DNA of 48,708 bases, taken from contig CAYZAE010000006.1 in the NCBI GenBank assembly GCA_964476125.1, positions 21,273 through 69,980 of the forward strand. The letters run 5' to 3'. Below are positions 1 through 9,997 of this stretch, piece by piece. Origin of the DNA: an uncultured Verrucomicrobiota bacterium (GTDB lineage Bacteria > Verrucomicrobiota > Verrucomicrobiia > Limisphaerales > CAIMTB01). Under the pieces are notes generated by a model, which saw nothing but the letters and a program-made list of their open reading frames with translations, did not search any database and was not told the DNA's origin. The position numbers and the translations under genes are program-made. How positions within the stretch are numbered: position 1 is the stretch's first letter; the number at the start of each line of letters is the position of its first letter.

Positions 1-237
1 TCCGTCTCCGTCTCCGTCAGGAGAACACGGTTTAGGGCCAGGCTTCTTGGTTGGTGTTGGAGTCGGAAGTCCGGCGGGGGACAGGTCATTTGGCTTGTTT
101 GGCCCGAGGGACGGGCTGTTCGAAGGATCATGGGGTCAGGCATCGGCCCAAGTGGTTCACGGTTGCTGTGGGCTGGTTAAGGCGCCGAGTCGGGTGGCGG
201 GCCATCGAACGGCATGGTGACAGGCCAGGCGGCCCGC

Positions 238-266
238 TTTACATGAGGGAGAGGCACTTCTACTTT
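238..266 (+). promoter_or_regulatory. Putative sigma70 promoter for mnmA (near-leaderless)
   Basis: TTTACA (238-243), 17-nt spacer, TACTTT (261-266); ATG lies 8 nt downstream with no Shine-Dalgarno in between. Confidence 0.55.
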
Positions 267-274
267 GGCCGGCC

Positions 275-1378
275 ATGTCGGATCCGGCGAACAGCAGGCG
301 GGTGGTGATTGGAATGAGCGGCGGGGTGGACTCCTCGGCGGCGGCGGCCCGGTTGATGCAGGAAGGGTGGGAGGTCATCGGGATCACCTTGAAGCTGTGG
401 CCGCAGGACTGCGTTTCGAGGGCGGAGGACAAGTGCTGCGGACCGCAGGCGGTTTCGGACGCTCGTTCCGTGTGTCACCGGCTGGGCATCCCCTTTTACC
501 TCGTGGACGAGGCGGCGGACTTTCAGAAGGAGGTCATTGCGTACTTTGCCGAGGAGTACCGTGCCGGCCGGACCCCGAATCCGTGCGTGATGTGCAACGA
601 GAAGCTGAAGTTCGGAACGTTGCTGCGTCGGGCCCGGCAGTTGGGGGCGGAGTTCGTGGCCACCGGGCATTACGCCCGGGTGGAACACGATGCCGCGGGG
701 GGACGACATCTGCTCAAGCGCGGCCGGGATCCGCGCAAGGATCAGAGTTATTTTCTGTTCTCCCTCCGACAGGATCAGCTGGCCCGGACGATTTTTCCCT
801 TGGGCGAACTGACGAAGCCGGAGACCCGGGACATCGCGCGGGAGGCCGCGCTGAAGACCGCGGACAAGGAGGAGAGCATGGAGATCTGCTTCGTGCCGGA
901 CAACGATTACGGCCGGTTTCTGGAGCAGGCGAAGCTGGTGAGCCGGCATCGGGGGGAGATTGTGGATCTCGCCGGGCGTGTGCTCGGACACCACGATGGC
1001 ATCGAGTTTTTCACCATTGGCCAGCGGCGTGGCCTGGGGATTTCGGCGCCAAAGCCGTGGTACGTCGTGGACCTCGATCCCGTGTCGAACCGGGTGATCG
1101 TGGGGGACGAAGCGGCTCTGGAGCGCGAGAGCTTCGAGGTGGAACGTTGCAACTGGATTCCCTTCGAGGTGCCCCCGGCACAGGTCGAGGCGTTGGTGAA
1201 AATCCGGTACAATCATCCCGGAACCCCGGCCACGATCGAACCGCTGGAAGGAGGGCGCGCCCGTATCAGGCTCCATCAACCGCAGCGGGCGGTGACGCCG
1301 GGGCAGGCGTGTGTCTTCTATCAGGACGATTTGGTGGTGGGCGGAGGCTGGATCACCCGGCAACGCGTGGGAGCCTGA
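275..1378 (+). CDS. mnmA: tRNA-specific 2-thiouridylase MnmA
   Basis: SGGVDSS PP-loop, TPNPCVMCNEKLKF, ATGHYAR, KDQSYFL, ESMEICF, FTIGQRRGLG, AVTPGQACVFY. Confidence 0.97.
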   Translation: MSDPANSRRVVIGMSGGVDSSAAAARLMQEGWEVIGITLKLWPQDCVSRAEDKCCGPQAVSDARSVCHRLGIPFYLVDEAADFQKEVIAYFAEEYRAGRTPNPCVMCNEKLKFGTLLRRARQLGAEFVATGHYARVEHDAAGGRHLLKRGRDPRKDQSYFLFSLRQDQLARTIFPLGELTKPETRDIAREAALKTADKEESMEICFVPDNDYGRFLEQAKLVSRHRGEIVDLAGRVLGHHDGIEFFTIGQRRGLGISAPKPWYVVDLDPVSNRVIVGDEAALERESFEVERCNWIPFEVPPAQVEALVKIRYNHPGTPATIEPLEGGRARIRLHQPQRAVTPGQACVFYQDDLVVGGGWITRQRVGA

Positions 1379-1380
1379 GC

Positions 1381-1740
1381 ATGGACCCGACCCGGACGCA
1401 TCGGATGGTGATGGTGACGGTCCCGGACCTTGCGGTCGGCCGCACCATCGCCGGGGCGGTTCTCGAGTCGGGGACGGCGGCGTGCGTGAACATCGTGCCG
1501 GGGTTGGAGTCGCACTATCGCTGGCAGGGGCGGCTGGAGTGTTCGCAGGAACTCCTCTTGATCCTGAAGACGACCACGGTGCAGTTGGACGCCCTGGAGC
1601 AGGTGGTGAGGGCTCATCACCCCTACGACACGCCGGAGTTCATCGTGATTCCGATCGAGGGCGGAAGCCGGCGCTATCTGGATTGGATCGACGCGAACGT
1701 GGGCGGTGCGGGCCAGGGCTCTGGAGTTGGGGCGCCATAA
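1381..1740 (+). CDS. cutA: Divalent-cation tolerance protein CutA
   Basis: C-terminal part of ORF 265..1740 from ATG 1381; AACVNIVPG.ESHYRWQG, ELLLILKT, HPYDTPEFIVIP motifs. Confidence 0.93.
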   Translation: MDPTRTHRMVMVTVPDLAVGRTIAGAVLESGTAACVNIVPGLESHYRWQGRLECSQELLLILKTTTVQLDALEQVVRAHHPYDTPEFIVIPIEGGSRRYLDWIDANVGGAGQGSGVGAP

Positions 1741-1782
1741 CCCGATGGCGACGGCGGACGCCGCTTCTGGAACACTCGCGGC

Positions 1783-3033
1783 GTGTCAGCGGTTCGCATT
1801 GTCATTGTGGGCGGCGGAGCGGCGGGATTTTTCGCGGCCATTACGGCGGCGGAGTCCCGTCCGGGCGTCGAGGTTTCCCTCTACGAACAGGGGGCGCAGT
1901 TTCTCTCCAAGGTCCGGATCTCCGGGGGCGGGCGCTGCAATGTGACCCATTCCTGCTTCGAGGTCCGTGATCTGGTTCGCCGGTATCCACGCGGGGGGCA
2001 GGCGTTGATCGGTCCGTTGAATCGGTTCCAGCCCCGGGACACGGTGGCTTGGTTCGCGGCGCGGGGGGTGGAGCTGAAGACGGAGCCGGATGGGCGGATG
2101 TTTCCGACCACGGATTCGTCGGCCACCATCGTGGACTGCCTCATGCGCGCGGCGGCTGCGGCGGGGGTGCGGTTGTTTCCGGGGCGCGGTGTGGTCAAGG
2201 CGGAGCGGCGCGCGGCGGGCGGATTCGAGGTGGGGCTTTCGGATGGATCCACGGTGAATTGCGACCGGTTGATGCTGGCGACGGGCGGTTGTCGCACGGT
2301 GGCGCTTGGGCGGCTGGCGGCGGGACTGGGGCACACCTTGGAGCCGCCTGTCCCTTCCTTGTTTGCCTTCGATGTGGCCGCGGGCGGCTGGATGAAGGAG
2401 TTGGCCGGGGTGGCGGTGGATCCGGTCCAGGTCACGGTGCCTGGGACGACGTTGAAGGAACGGGGGCCGCTGTTGATCACCCACCGGGGCTTGAGCGGGC
2501 CGGCGGTGTTGCGGTTGTCCGCCTGGGGGGCGCGGGAGCTTTCCGGAATGGGGTACAAGTTTCCGCTGAGGATCGACTGGCTGGCCGGCCTGGACGACGC
2601 GGGTTTGATTGCCGCCTTCGAGCAGCGGCGGCAGGAACAAGGCGCTCGATTGGTGGCCAACGGCCCGATTGCGCCCCTGACCGGAAGACTATGGGAGCGG
2701 TTGGTGGCTGCGTCCGGACTGCCGCGGGAAGCCCGCTGGGCGGCGTTGACCCGGGAGGCGCGGGAGAGGCTGACCCGACAGTTGCGGTCGACGGAAGTGG
2801 CGGTGGACGGGAAAAGCCTGAACCAGGATGAGTTTGTGACCTGTGGCGGCGTGAGGTTGGCCGAGATTCACTTCAAGCGGATGGAGAGCCGGGTCTGCCC
2901 GGGGCTGCACTTCGCGGGGGAGCTTCTCGACATCGATGGCATCACGGGCGGCTTCAACTTTCAGGCGGCATGGACGACCGGTTGGATCGCCGGTCAGGCG
3001 ATGGCGGAAGCGGGGGTGGAAGGAGAATCGTAG
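1783..3033 (+). CDS. HI0933/YhiN(BaiN)-family NAD(P)/FAD-dependent oxidoreductase
   Basis: GGGAAG dinucleotide fold, KVRISGGGRCNVTH, GRMFP, LITHRGLSGPAVL, EFVTCGGV, GELLDIDGITGGFNFQAAW. Confidence 0.93.
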   Translation: MSAVRIVIVGGGAAGFFAAITAAESRPGVEVSLYEQGAQFLSKVRISGGGRCNVTHSCFEVRDLVRRYPRGGQALIGPLNRFQPRDTVAWFAARGVELKTEPDGRMFPTTDSSATIVDCLMRAAAAAGVRLFPGRGVVKAERRAAGGFEVGLSDGSTVNCDRLMLATGGCRTVALGRLAAGLGHTLEPPVPSLFAFDVAAGGWMKELAGVAVDPVQVTVPGTTLKERGPLLITHRGLSGPAVLRLSAWGARELSGMGYKFPLRIDWLAGLDDAGLIAAFEQRRQEQGARLVANGPIAPLTGRLWERLVAASGLPREARWAALTREARERLTRQLRSTEVAVDGKSLNQDEFVTCGGVRLAEIHFKRMESRVCPGLHFAGELLDIDGITGGFNFQAAWTTGWIAGQAMAEAGVEGES

Positions 3034-3067
3034 GACGGGAACAGCTTGAGAGGGGGAGCGGGGCCCG

Positions 3068-4102
3068 TCAGGCGGCGACCTTGTCCGGTTTCCCGGCGAG
3101 CGTGCGTCGGGCGATCCCGGCCAGGGCTTCGATCCAGTCGGGGCGTTCGTTGAGACACGGGATCAGGCCAAAGGACGTGCCTCCCGCCTCCAGGAACAGT
3201 TCCCGGCCGCGCATCCCGATTTCCTCAAGCGTTTCGAGGCAGTCGGCGACGAACGCCGGGCAGATGACGAGCAGACGTTTGACCCCGGACTTTGCCAGCC
3301 GGACGATTTCCTGGTCGGTGAACGGCGTGAGCCAGGGATCGCGGCCCAGGCGTGATTGGAAGGCGACGGACCAGGAGCGCGGCTGGCAGCGGGCGGCGAC
3401 GGCGTCGGCCGTTCGAAGACATTGGGCCCGGTAGCAGGTGGCGTGGGCGGGATGTTGTCCGCGGCAGCAGTCCGCCGAGGCGAGGCAATGTTTCCCGGTG
3501 GGATCGCTTTTGCGGAGGTGCCGTTCGGGCACGCCATGGAAGCTGAACAGCAGGTGGTCGTAGGGTTCGACCAGGTGCGCCGCGGTGCTGGCGGCGAGGG
3601 CCTGGATGTAGCCTGGGTCCTCGAAATATGGGGCGGCGACCTTGAGACGAAGTCCGGGCGTGACCTTCTTCTGCCATTCCTGGACGTGCTCCACGGCCGT
3701 CTCGAAGCTGGACATGGCGAAATGCGGGAACAAGGGAACCAGGGCGGCTTCGGTGACGCCCCGTTTTTGCAGGCCGAGCAAGGCGTCCGCCGGCGTGGGC
3801 AGGCGGTAGCGCATGGCCAGTTCGACCGGGAGCCGGGTGAGGGTTTCGAGTTTTTCGCGGACACGTCGTCCGGTGACCACGAGCGGGGAGCCGGCGGGGG
3901 TCCAGATCTGTTCGTAGGCCTCGGCGGATTTCCGGGGGCGGAAGGGGAGGATGAAGCCGCGCACGATGAGGGTGCGGAGGGGCCAGGCGACATCGATCAC
4001 CTTGGGATCCATGAGGAATTCGCCGAGGTAACGCCGGACATCCCGGACGGAGGTCGAGTCGGGGGAACCCAGGTTGATGAGGAGGATGCCTTGCTGGCTC
4101 AT
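3068..4102 (-). CDS. hemH: Ferrochelatase
   Basis: Starts MSQQGILLINLGSPD at 4102 (ATGA overlap with hemG stop); LLFSFHGVPERH, FQSRLG..PWL.P, FVADCLETLEEI. Confidence 0.95.
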   Translation of the reverse strand: MSQQGILLINLGSPDSTSVRDVRRYLGEFLMDPKVIDVAWPLRTLIVRGFILPFRPRKSAEAYEQIWTPAGSPLVVTGRRVREKLETLTRLPVELAMRYRLPTPADALLGLQKRGVTEAALVPLFPHFAMSSFETAVEHVQEWQKKVTPGLRLKVAAPYFEDPGYIQALAASTAAHLVEPYDHLLFSFHGVPERHLRKSDPTGKHCLASADCCRGQHPAHATCYRAQCLRTADAVAARCQPRSWSVAFQSRLGRDPWLTPFTDQEIVRLAKSGVKRLLVICPAFVADCLETLEEIGMRGRELFLEAGGTSFGLIPCLNERPDWIEALAGIARRTLAGKPDKVAA

Positions 4103-5505
4103 GAATGCGCGGGAGCAGGTTTGGGCGAGGGGGCGGGGCTGGCGAGGAAGTCGCGGATGCGGTCGGCGGCCCGGATGCCGGTGAGGATGGAGTCGCTGAG
4201 TGCCACGCCGTCGCGGTAGTGGCCGGCGGTGAACAGGCCTGGGCCGCGGATTTCGAGATCGTCGAGCAGCGCCTTGAAGCGGCCGTAGCCGACATCGTAC
4301 TGGGGAATCGCCCGCGGCCAGCGGGTGATGGCGGTGAAGACGGGGCGGCCGGAGATCCCGAACAGACGGTCGAGATCGCGCACGACGGAATCGACGAGCG
4401 GGCCGTCGGCGAGGGCCGCGGCGTCGGGGTTCCGCACGCCGCCGACGTAGGTGGTGAGGGTGACGTGATCGGAGGGGGCGCGTCCGGGGAAGAGGGCGGA
4501 GGAAAAGAGTGTGCCCAGGCTGTTGAACCGTTCCTTGTGGGGGATGAGCAGGCCGAAACCGAGGCAGGGATGGGCGACCTCGCTGCGGCGGAACCCGAGC
4601 ACCACGCTGGTCACGGGGGGGTGCTGGATTTCGGCGAGGGGCGCGAGGGAGGGCAGATTGGGACCGTTGAGTTGGAGCCGGGCGAGGGTGTGGGCATTGC
4701 CGCACAGCAGGACGATCCGGTGGTCGGCGTGTGAGATCGCGTCGCGGTGGCGCAGTGTCAACCGCCAGCCGTCGGCCTGCCGGGAGAGGCCTTCCACGCG
4801 GGTTTCAAGATGCACCTGGGTCCGCACAGCGGCGAAGGCGGTGTCGGGCAGCACCTGGAGACCGTTGTCGAAGGAGAACTTGCGGGCGGTGGCCTTGGAG
4901 ACTTCACCGCGGCGTTTTCGTTCCCGGGCGCCGAGAATCTGGCCGCGGATCAGCGAGCCGTACTTCGCCTCGAGGGCGTGGATTTTCGGGAAGGCGTGGC
5001 GGATGGAGAGCTTGGCCGGGTCGCCGGCGTAGATGCCGGTGACGAGCGGGTCGATGGCGTAGTCCAGGAATTCCTGGCCGAGCCGGCGGAAGACGAATTC
5101 CGCGACGCTTTCCTCGTGGTCGGCCCGGCCGATGAAGGGTTCGCGGAGCAGGCGCAGTTTGGCGCCGACGGAGAAGGCGGGCTTGAGAAAGAACTCAGGT
5201 CCGGACCCGGGTAGTTGGAGCGGTTTGCCATTGCGGGCGATGAAGCGGGCGGAGGCGGCGGGGTCGGAGTATTGGCGCCGTTCGGCCAGGCCGAGAGCCT
5301 CGACGTATTCCTTCACCCTGAGGGAGGTTTCGAGAATCGTGTTGGGGCCTCCCTCGGCGAGCCAGGGGCCGTCGCGGCGGCTGCAGATCACGCCGCCCGT
5401 GCGCGCCGAGGCTTCGTAGAGGGCGAACGGGATCCCGGCCTTCTGGAGATGCCAGGCGGCGGTCAGTCCGGTGATGCCGGCCCCGAGAATGGCGACGGTG
5501 CTCAT
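4099..5505 (-). CDS. hemG: Protoporphyrinogen/coproporphyrinogen oxidase, FAD-dependent HemY type
   Basis: GAGITGL, GGVI.S, EGGPNT, GIYAGDP, FGLLIP, RWPRAIPQY; lies in heme operon. Confidence 0.92.
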   Translation of the reverse strand: MSTVAILGAGITGLTAAWHLQKAGIPFALYEASARTGGVICSRRDGPWLAEGGPNTILETSLRVKEYVEALGLAERRQYSDPAASARFIARNGKPLQLPGSGPEFFLKPAFSVGAKLRLLREPFIGRADHEESVAEFVFRRLGQEFLDYAIDPLVTGIYAGDPAKLSIRHAFPKIHALEAKYGSLIRGQILGARERKRRGEVSKATARKFSFDNGLQVLPDTAFAAVRTQVHLETRVEGLSRQADGWRLTLRHRDAISHADHRIVLLCGNAHTLARLQLNGPNLPSLAPLAEIQHPPVTSVVLGFRRSEVAHPCLGFGLLIPHKERFNSLGTLFSSALFPGRAPSDHVTLTTYVGGVRNPDAAALADGPLVDSVVRDLDRLFGISGRPVFTAITRWPRAIPQYDVGYGRFKALLDDLEIRGPGLFTAGHYRDGVALSDSILTGIRAADRIRDFLASPAPSPKPAPAHS

Positions 5506-5521
5506 GGCGTGGGGACAGGCT

Positions 5522-6901
5522 TCAGATGGTCCGCGAGAACCGGCGTTCGCCGGCTGCCGGCAGGTAGGCGTCGAAGCGCATGGCGATGTTGCGCACGAGC
5601 AACCGGCCCAGGTCGGTGATCTCGATGCCCGAAGTCGAACGGCGGAGCAATCCGTCGTCCTCCATGTCCGTCAACCCGGCGATCTCGGCGGCGAAGCGTT
5701 CCTCCACCTGGATGCCGAGACGGGTTCCCAACTTGGCGTAATCCAGTCCGAGGTTGCACATGAGCTCCATCACCACGGAGCGTCGGATCTGGTCGTCGGC
5801 GGTCAGCCGGCAGCCGCGCGCCACCGGGAGCCGGCCTTCGTCGACCGACCGGGTGTAGGCGGGCAGTTCCTTGTGGTTCTGCCAGTAGGCGTCCTCGGTC
5901 TGGGAGATGGCGGACATGCCGAAGCCCAGGATGTCGGCGCCGCCGCGGGTGCTGTAGCCCTGGAAATTGCGCTGGAGCGTGCGGTTGGCCTGGGCGACCG
6001 CGAGTTCGTCGGTGGACCGGGCGAAGTGGTCCATGCCGATGTAGATATACCCGGCCTCGCCGGTGAGCCGTTCGGTGACCAGTTTGAGCACGTCGAGCTT
6101 CGTTTCCGGGGACGGAAGCACGGCCCGTTTGTCGAAGATTTTCTGCTGCGGTTTCATCCACGGCACGTGGGCGTAGTTGAACACGGCGAAGCGGTCGGGC
6201 TGCAGTTCGAGCACGGTATCCAGGGTGCGCTCGAAGGAGGCGGGCGACTGGTGGGGCAGTCCGTAGATGAGATCGACGTTGATCGACCGGAACCCGGAGG
6301 CGCGGAGCCAGTCGATGGCCTGGGCGGTGAGTTCGCGGGATTGGATGCGGTGGATGGCCTGCTGGACTTCCGGATCGAAGTCCTGGACGCCGAGGGAGGC
6401 GCGATTGAATCCGGCTTCCTGGAGGGCGGCCACGTGGTCGGCGGTGAGCCGGCGGGGGTCGATTTCGACGGACGCCTCGACGTCGGCATCGAAGGTGAAC
6501 CGGGACCGGATGGCGGTGCCGAGACGGCGGATTTCGTCGGGTCGGAGAAAGGTGGGGGTTCCGCCGCCCCAGTGGATCTGGACCACCTGGCGGCCGGGTT
6601 GGAGCTGGTCGGCGACCAGGGCCATTTCGCGGTCGAGATGTCCGACGTAGGACAGGCCGCGGTTGTGATCGAGGGTGATGGCGGTGGTGCACCCGCAGAA
6701 CCAGCAGAGTGTCTCGCAGAACGGGAGATGGTAATAGAGCGAGATCCCGCGGGGCGGCTGGCTGGTGGCGGCCAGTTCGCGGTGGGCGTCGTCGGGGGTG
6801 AAGGTGTCGCGGAACTGGGTGGCCGGCGGGTAGGACGTGTACCGGGGGCCGGCGACGTTGTACTTCTGGATCAGGCCGAGATCGACGTGCAGTCCGCTCA
6901 T
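5522..6901 (-). CDS. hemN: Oxygen-independent coproporphyrinogen III oxidase (radical SAM)
   Basis: GPRYTSYP, YHLPFCETLCWFCGC, HWGGGTP, IGMDHFA, RNFQGYST. Confidence 0.96.
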   Translation of the reverse strand: MSGLHVDLGLIQKYNVAGPRYTSYPPATQFRDTFTPDDAHRELAATSQPPRGISLYYHLPFCETLCWFCGCTTAITLDHNRGLSYVGHLDREMALVADQLQPGRQVVQIHWGGGTPTFLRPDEIRRLGTAIRSRFTFDADVEASVEIDPRRLTADHVAALQEAGFNRASLGVQDFDPEVQQAIHRIQSRELTAQAIDWLRASGFRSINVDLIYGLPHQSPASFERTLDTVLELQPDRFAVFNYAHVPWMKPQQKIFDKRAVLPSPETKLDVLKLVTERLTGEAGYIYIGMDHFARSTDELAVAQANRTLQRNFQGYSTRGGADILGFGMSAISQTEDAYWQNHKELPAYTRSVDEGRLPVARGCRLTADDQIRRSVVMELMCNLGLDYAKLGTRLGIQVEERFAAEIAGLTDMEDDGLLRRSTSGIEITDLGRLLVRNIAMRFDAYLPAAGERRFSRTI

Positions 6902-7965
6902 GAGAAGTGGGTGATGGCGGCCATCATGGCGTGGATGTTTTCCAGCGGCGCCTCCGGAGGGACACCATGGCCGAGGTTGAAGATGTGCCCGGGCCGGCCC
7001 CGGAGAGTTTGGAGGATCCGGTGCGTTTCGGTCCGAACCAGGTCCGGGGTCGAAAGAAGAACGGCGGGGTCGAGGTTGCCCTGGATGGCGACGTCGGGGG
7101 GAAGGCAGTCGCGGAAGGTGGCGAGATCAGCCGACGCATCGAACCCGAGCACCCTGGCTCCGGTGGCGGCGAGCGAGCGCCATTCGGCGTGGGCGCCCTT
7201 GGCGAACACGATCACGGGAACCCGTCCGTCGAGTCCCTGGACGATTTCGCGCAGCCATCGGCCCGAGGCGTCCTCGAAGTCGGAGGCCGGAAGAAGACCG
7301 CCCAGTGTGTCGAACAGCTGGACGATCTCGGCCCCGGCATCGATCTGCATCCGGAGGTAGCGGACGGTGGCGGCGGTAAGGCGTTCGGCGAGGCGGTGGT
7401 AGACCGGGCGGTCGGTGCGGAAGAGTTCGTGAGCGCGGCGGAAGTCGTGGCTGCTGCCTCCTTCGATCATGAAGTTCGCGAGGGTCCAGGGGGAACCGGC
7501 GAACCCGATCAGGGCGGTGCGGCCGGCGAGTTCGCGTTTCACGAGACGGAGGGCGTCGGCGACGTAGGCGAGGTGGTTTTCGACATTGTCGACGGTGAGA
7601 CGTTCGAGGTCGGCGGGGGTGCGCAGGGCGGCGTCCATGGAAACGCCTCCGGTGTCGCGAAACCGGTAGGGGAGGCCCATGGCTTCGGGGATGACGAGGA
7701 TGTCGCTGAAGATGATGGCGGCATCGAACCCGAAGCGGCGGATGGGTTGGAGCGTGACTTCGGCGGCGAGGTCGGGGGTGCGGACCAGTTCGAGGAACGA
7801 ATAGCGTTCCTTGAGGGCACGGTATTCGGGGAGCACGCGGCCGGCCTGGCGCATAAGCCAGACGGGGGTGCGATCGACGGGTTGGCAGGTGGCGGCGAGG
7901 AAAAACCTGTCCCTGGACGAAAGCGGCCCGGGCGTGGGGGGCAGGGTGGGCGAGGGGGATGGCAC
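6898..7965 (-). CDS. hemE: Uroporphyrinogen decarboxylase
   Basis: PVWLMRQAGRVLPEYR, AIIFSDIL, LIGFAGSPWT, QGNLDP, HIFNLGHG. Confidence 0.96.
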   Translation of the reverse strand: MPSPSPTLPPTPGPLSSRDRFFLAATCQPVDRTPVWLMRQAGRVLPEYRALKERYSFLELVRTPDLAAEVTLQPIRRFGFDAAIIFSDILVIPEAMGLPYRFRDTGGVSMDAALRTPADLERLTVDNVENHLAYVADALRLVKRELAGRTALIGFAGSPWTLANFMIEGGSSHDFRRAHELFRTDRPVYHRLAERLTAATVRYLRMQIDAGAEIVQLFDTLGGLLPASDFEDASGRWLREIVQGLDGRVPVIVFAKGAHAEWRSLAATGARVLGFDASADLATFRDCLPPDVAIQGNLDPAVLLSTPDLVRTETHRILQTLRGRPGHIFNLGHGVPPEAPLENIHAMMAAITHFS

Positions 7966-8110
7966 GGCGTCTGGGATGGCTGCGTCCGGCCTCGGGGCGC
8001 GGGACGGAATGGGAGGACTATTCCGGCGGGTGAGGGGCAGGGGAAGTCCGGATTGGCGGGGCTGGCTTTTGCATGGCCACCCCGCGGGTGGAGGGGATAG
8101 GTTTGCGGCC

Positions 8111-8935
8111 GTGGATTGGTTGATGACCGATCGCGGGTTGTTTTCGTTGGCGCTGCTGTTGTTTGCGGCGGCGACCGGCTATGCCGTCTTTCATTGGCGC
8201 CGAGGTTTTTCCCGGGACGACCTTTGGTGTTACTGCCTGCTGGCGCTGGCGATGGTGCCGCACACGGGGGCGATGCTGGCGCGGGGGTTTTCGTTGCAGC
8301 GCTGTCCGGTGAACAACCTCTACGAGGCGACGATGTTCACGACCTGGGCGCTGCTGTTGTGCCACCTGGTGATTGGTGCGTGGCCCCGGCTTCGGTTCAT
8401 TTCGGCGTTTGCCGCGCCCCTGCTGCTTGGGTTGGGGATTTTCGGTTTGAACCGGCAATTGGACGGTCCGGGACCGTCGGCGGATTTTGCGAAGGGGGTG
8501 GTGAGCCTGCATGCCGCCCTGATCCTGCTTGCGTATGGAACGTTTGGGCTGAGCGCGGCGTCGTCGGTGATGTATTTGATGCAGGAGCGGGACATGCGAT
8601 TCCACAAGTTGCGGGCGGTCCTGTCGCGGCTGCCCTCGATGGAGCGTTCGGAGAAGGTGGTTGCCCAGGCGCTGTTTGCTGGATTGGTCCTGCTCTCGCT
8701 GGGGTTGTCGCTGAGCATCTGGCTGGTTCTGGGCTCGGCCAAGCCGGTGGTCCGGGGGGATCCCAAGGTGGTGTGGTCGCTGATGGTCTGGGTGGCCTAT
8801 CTGTCGGTGCTCATCATCCGGGTGGCCTACAACCGCGGGGCGCGGTGGCTTGCGTGGAGTTCCGTGGGGCTGTTCGCGTTCGTCATCCTGACGTTCTGGG
8901 GGACGAATCTGCTCTCGCCGATGCACCAGTCCTGA
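8111..8935 (+). CDS. ccsA: Cytochrome c assembly protein (CcsA/YpjD-like membrane protein)
   Basis: About 8 hydrophobic segments, CPVNNLYEA, conserved His in SLHAALILLAYG, LPSME, DPKVVWSLMVW; typical position upstream of hemA. Start is GTG 8111 or ATG 8123. Confidence 0.82.
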   Translation: MDWLMTDRGLFSLALLLFAAATGYAVFHWRRGFSRDDLWCYCLLALAMVPHTGAMLARGFSLQRCPVNNLYEATMFTTWALLLCHLVIGAWPRLRFISAFAAPLLLGLGIFGLNRQLDGPGPSADFAKGVVSLHAALILLAYGTFGLSAASSVMYLMQERDMRFHKLRAVLSRLPSMERSEKVVAQALFAGLVLLSLGLSLSIWLVLGSAKPVVRGDPKVVWSLMVWVAYLSVLIIRVAYNRGARWLAWSSVGLFAFVILTFWGTNLLSPMHQS

Positions 8936-8944
8936 GTTCGTCGC

Positions 8945-9997
8945 ATGCGAGTTTATTGTCTTGGCCGCAGCCATCGAACCGCCCCCGTGGCAGTCCGGGA
9001 GCGGTTCGCGCTTACCGCGGACGCGACGCCGCGGATGCTGGGGGAATTGCGTTCGGCGGGGTTGGCGGCGGAGGCGGTGTGGCTCTCGACCTGCAATCGG
9101 GTGGAGGTTTATGTCGCGGCCTCCCCCGAGAGGGCGGAGGCGTTGAGGGACTGGCTGCTGGAGCATGGCCGGGGAACGCCGGATCTTCTGGCGGAAGGGC
9201 GGTTCTACATGCACTCCGAGCCGCACAGTCTCGAGCATTTGTTTCGGGTGGCCTCGGGGCTGGATTCCATGGTGCTGGGGGAGACGGAGATCCTGGGGCA
9301 GATGAAGAAGGCGTACGATCTGGCGATGCAGCACGGTCATACGGGGGCGAGGCTGAACAAGGCGTTTCAACGGGCCTTCAATGTCGCCAAGCACATCCGG
9401 ACCAACACCGCGATTCAGCGGGGCGGGATTTCCGTGGCTTCGGTCTCGGTCGAGCTGGCGGAGCGATTGTTCGAGAGTTTCGAGGGGCGGCGGGCCTTGC
9501 TGCTGGGCGCTGGCGACACGGGGGAGAAGGTGGCCAAGGCCCTGCTTTCGCGGGGAATCGGAAACGTGCTGATCCACAATCGGTCGCCTGAAAAGGCGGC
9601 CCTGCTCGCACAATCCCTGGGGGATTCCGCGAGGGCCTGTGCCGACTGGGTGAAGGAGTCGCCGCAGGTGGACGTGATCATCAGCAGCACCTCGACCCCG
9701 GAGTTTGTGATTGATGTTCCGCGCCTGGAGCCGCTGGTGAAGACCCGGAGGAACCGGACCCTGCTGCTGATTGATTTGGCGGTGCCGCGGGACATTGATC
9801 CCTCGGTGGTGCAGTTGCCGGGCGTCTTTTTGTACAACGTCGACGACCTTTCCATGATTGCCCAACATCATCTTCAGCAACGCGAGGCCGAGGCGGTTCG
9901 TTGCGAGGCGATCATCCGGGAGAAGGTTCAGGCCCTGGTGGCGCCTCCGGCCGGGCGGCCCGGTGCGTTCTCGGGGCCTTCCCCCTCGACGGCGTAA
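8945..9997 (+). CDS. hemA: Glutamyl-tRNA reductase (short form)
   Basis: SHRTAPVAVRERFA, STCNRVEVY, HLFRVASGLDSMVLGETEILGQ, GAGDTG, DLAVPRDID. Confidence 0.95.
   Translation: MRVYCLGRSHRTAPVAVRERFALTADATPRMLGELRSAGLAAEAVWLSTCNRVEVYVAASPERAEALRDWLLEHGRGTPDLLAEGRFYMHSEPHSLEHLFRVASGLDSMVLGETEILGQMKKAYDLAMQHGHTGARLNKAFQRAFNVAKHIRTNTAIQRGGISVASVSVELAERLFESFEGRRALLLGAGDTGEKVAKALLSRGIGNVLIHNRSPEKAALLAQSLGDSARACADWVKESPQVDVIISSTSTPEFVIDVPRLEPLVKTRRNRTLLLIDLAVPRDIDPSVVQLPGVFLYNVDDLSMIAQHHLQQREAEAVRCEAIIREKVQALVAPPAGRPGAFSGPSPSTA

Noticed and set aside
1-18. (TCCGTC)x3 at the window edge
   Set aside because: Too short and truncated by the boundary to interpret
265-1380. 491-aa ORF suggesting a long N-terminal extension on CutA
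   Set aside because: The upstream part is an off-frame overlap with mnmA; CutA homology begins at ATG 1381
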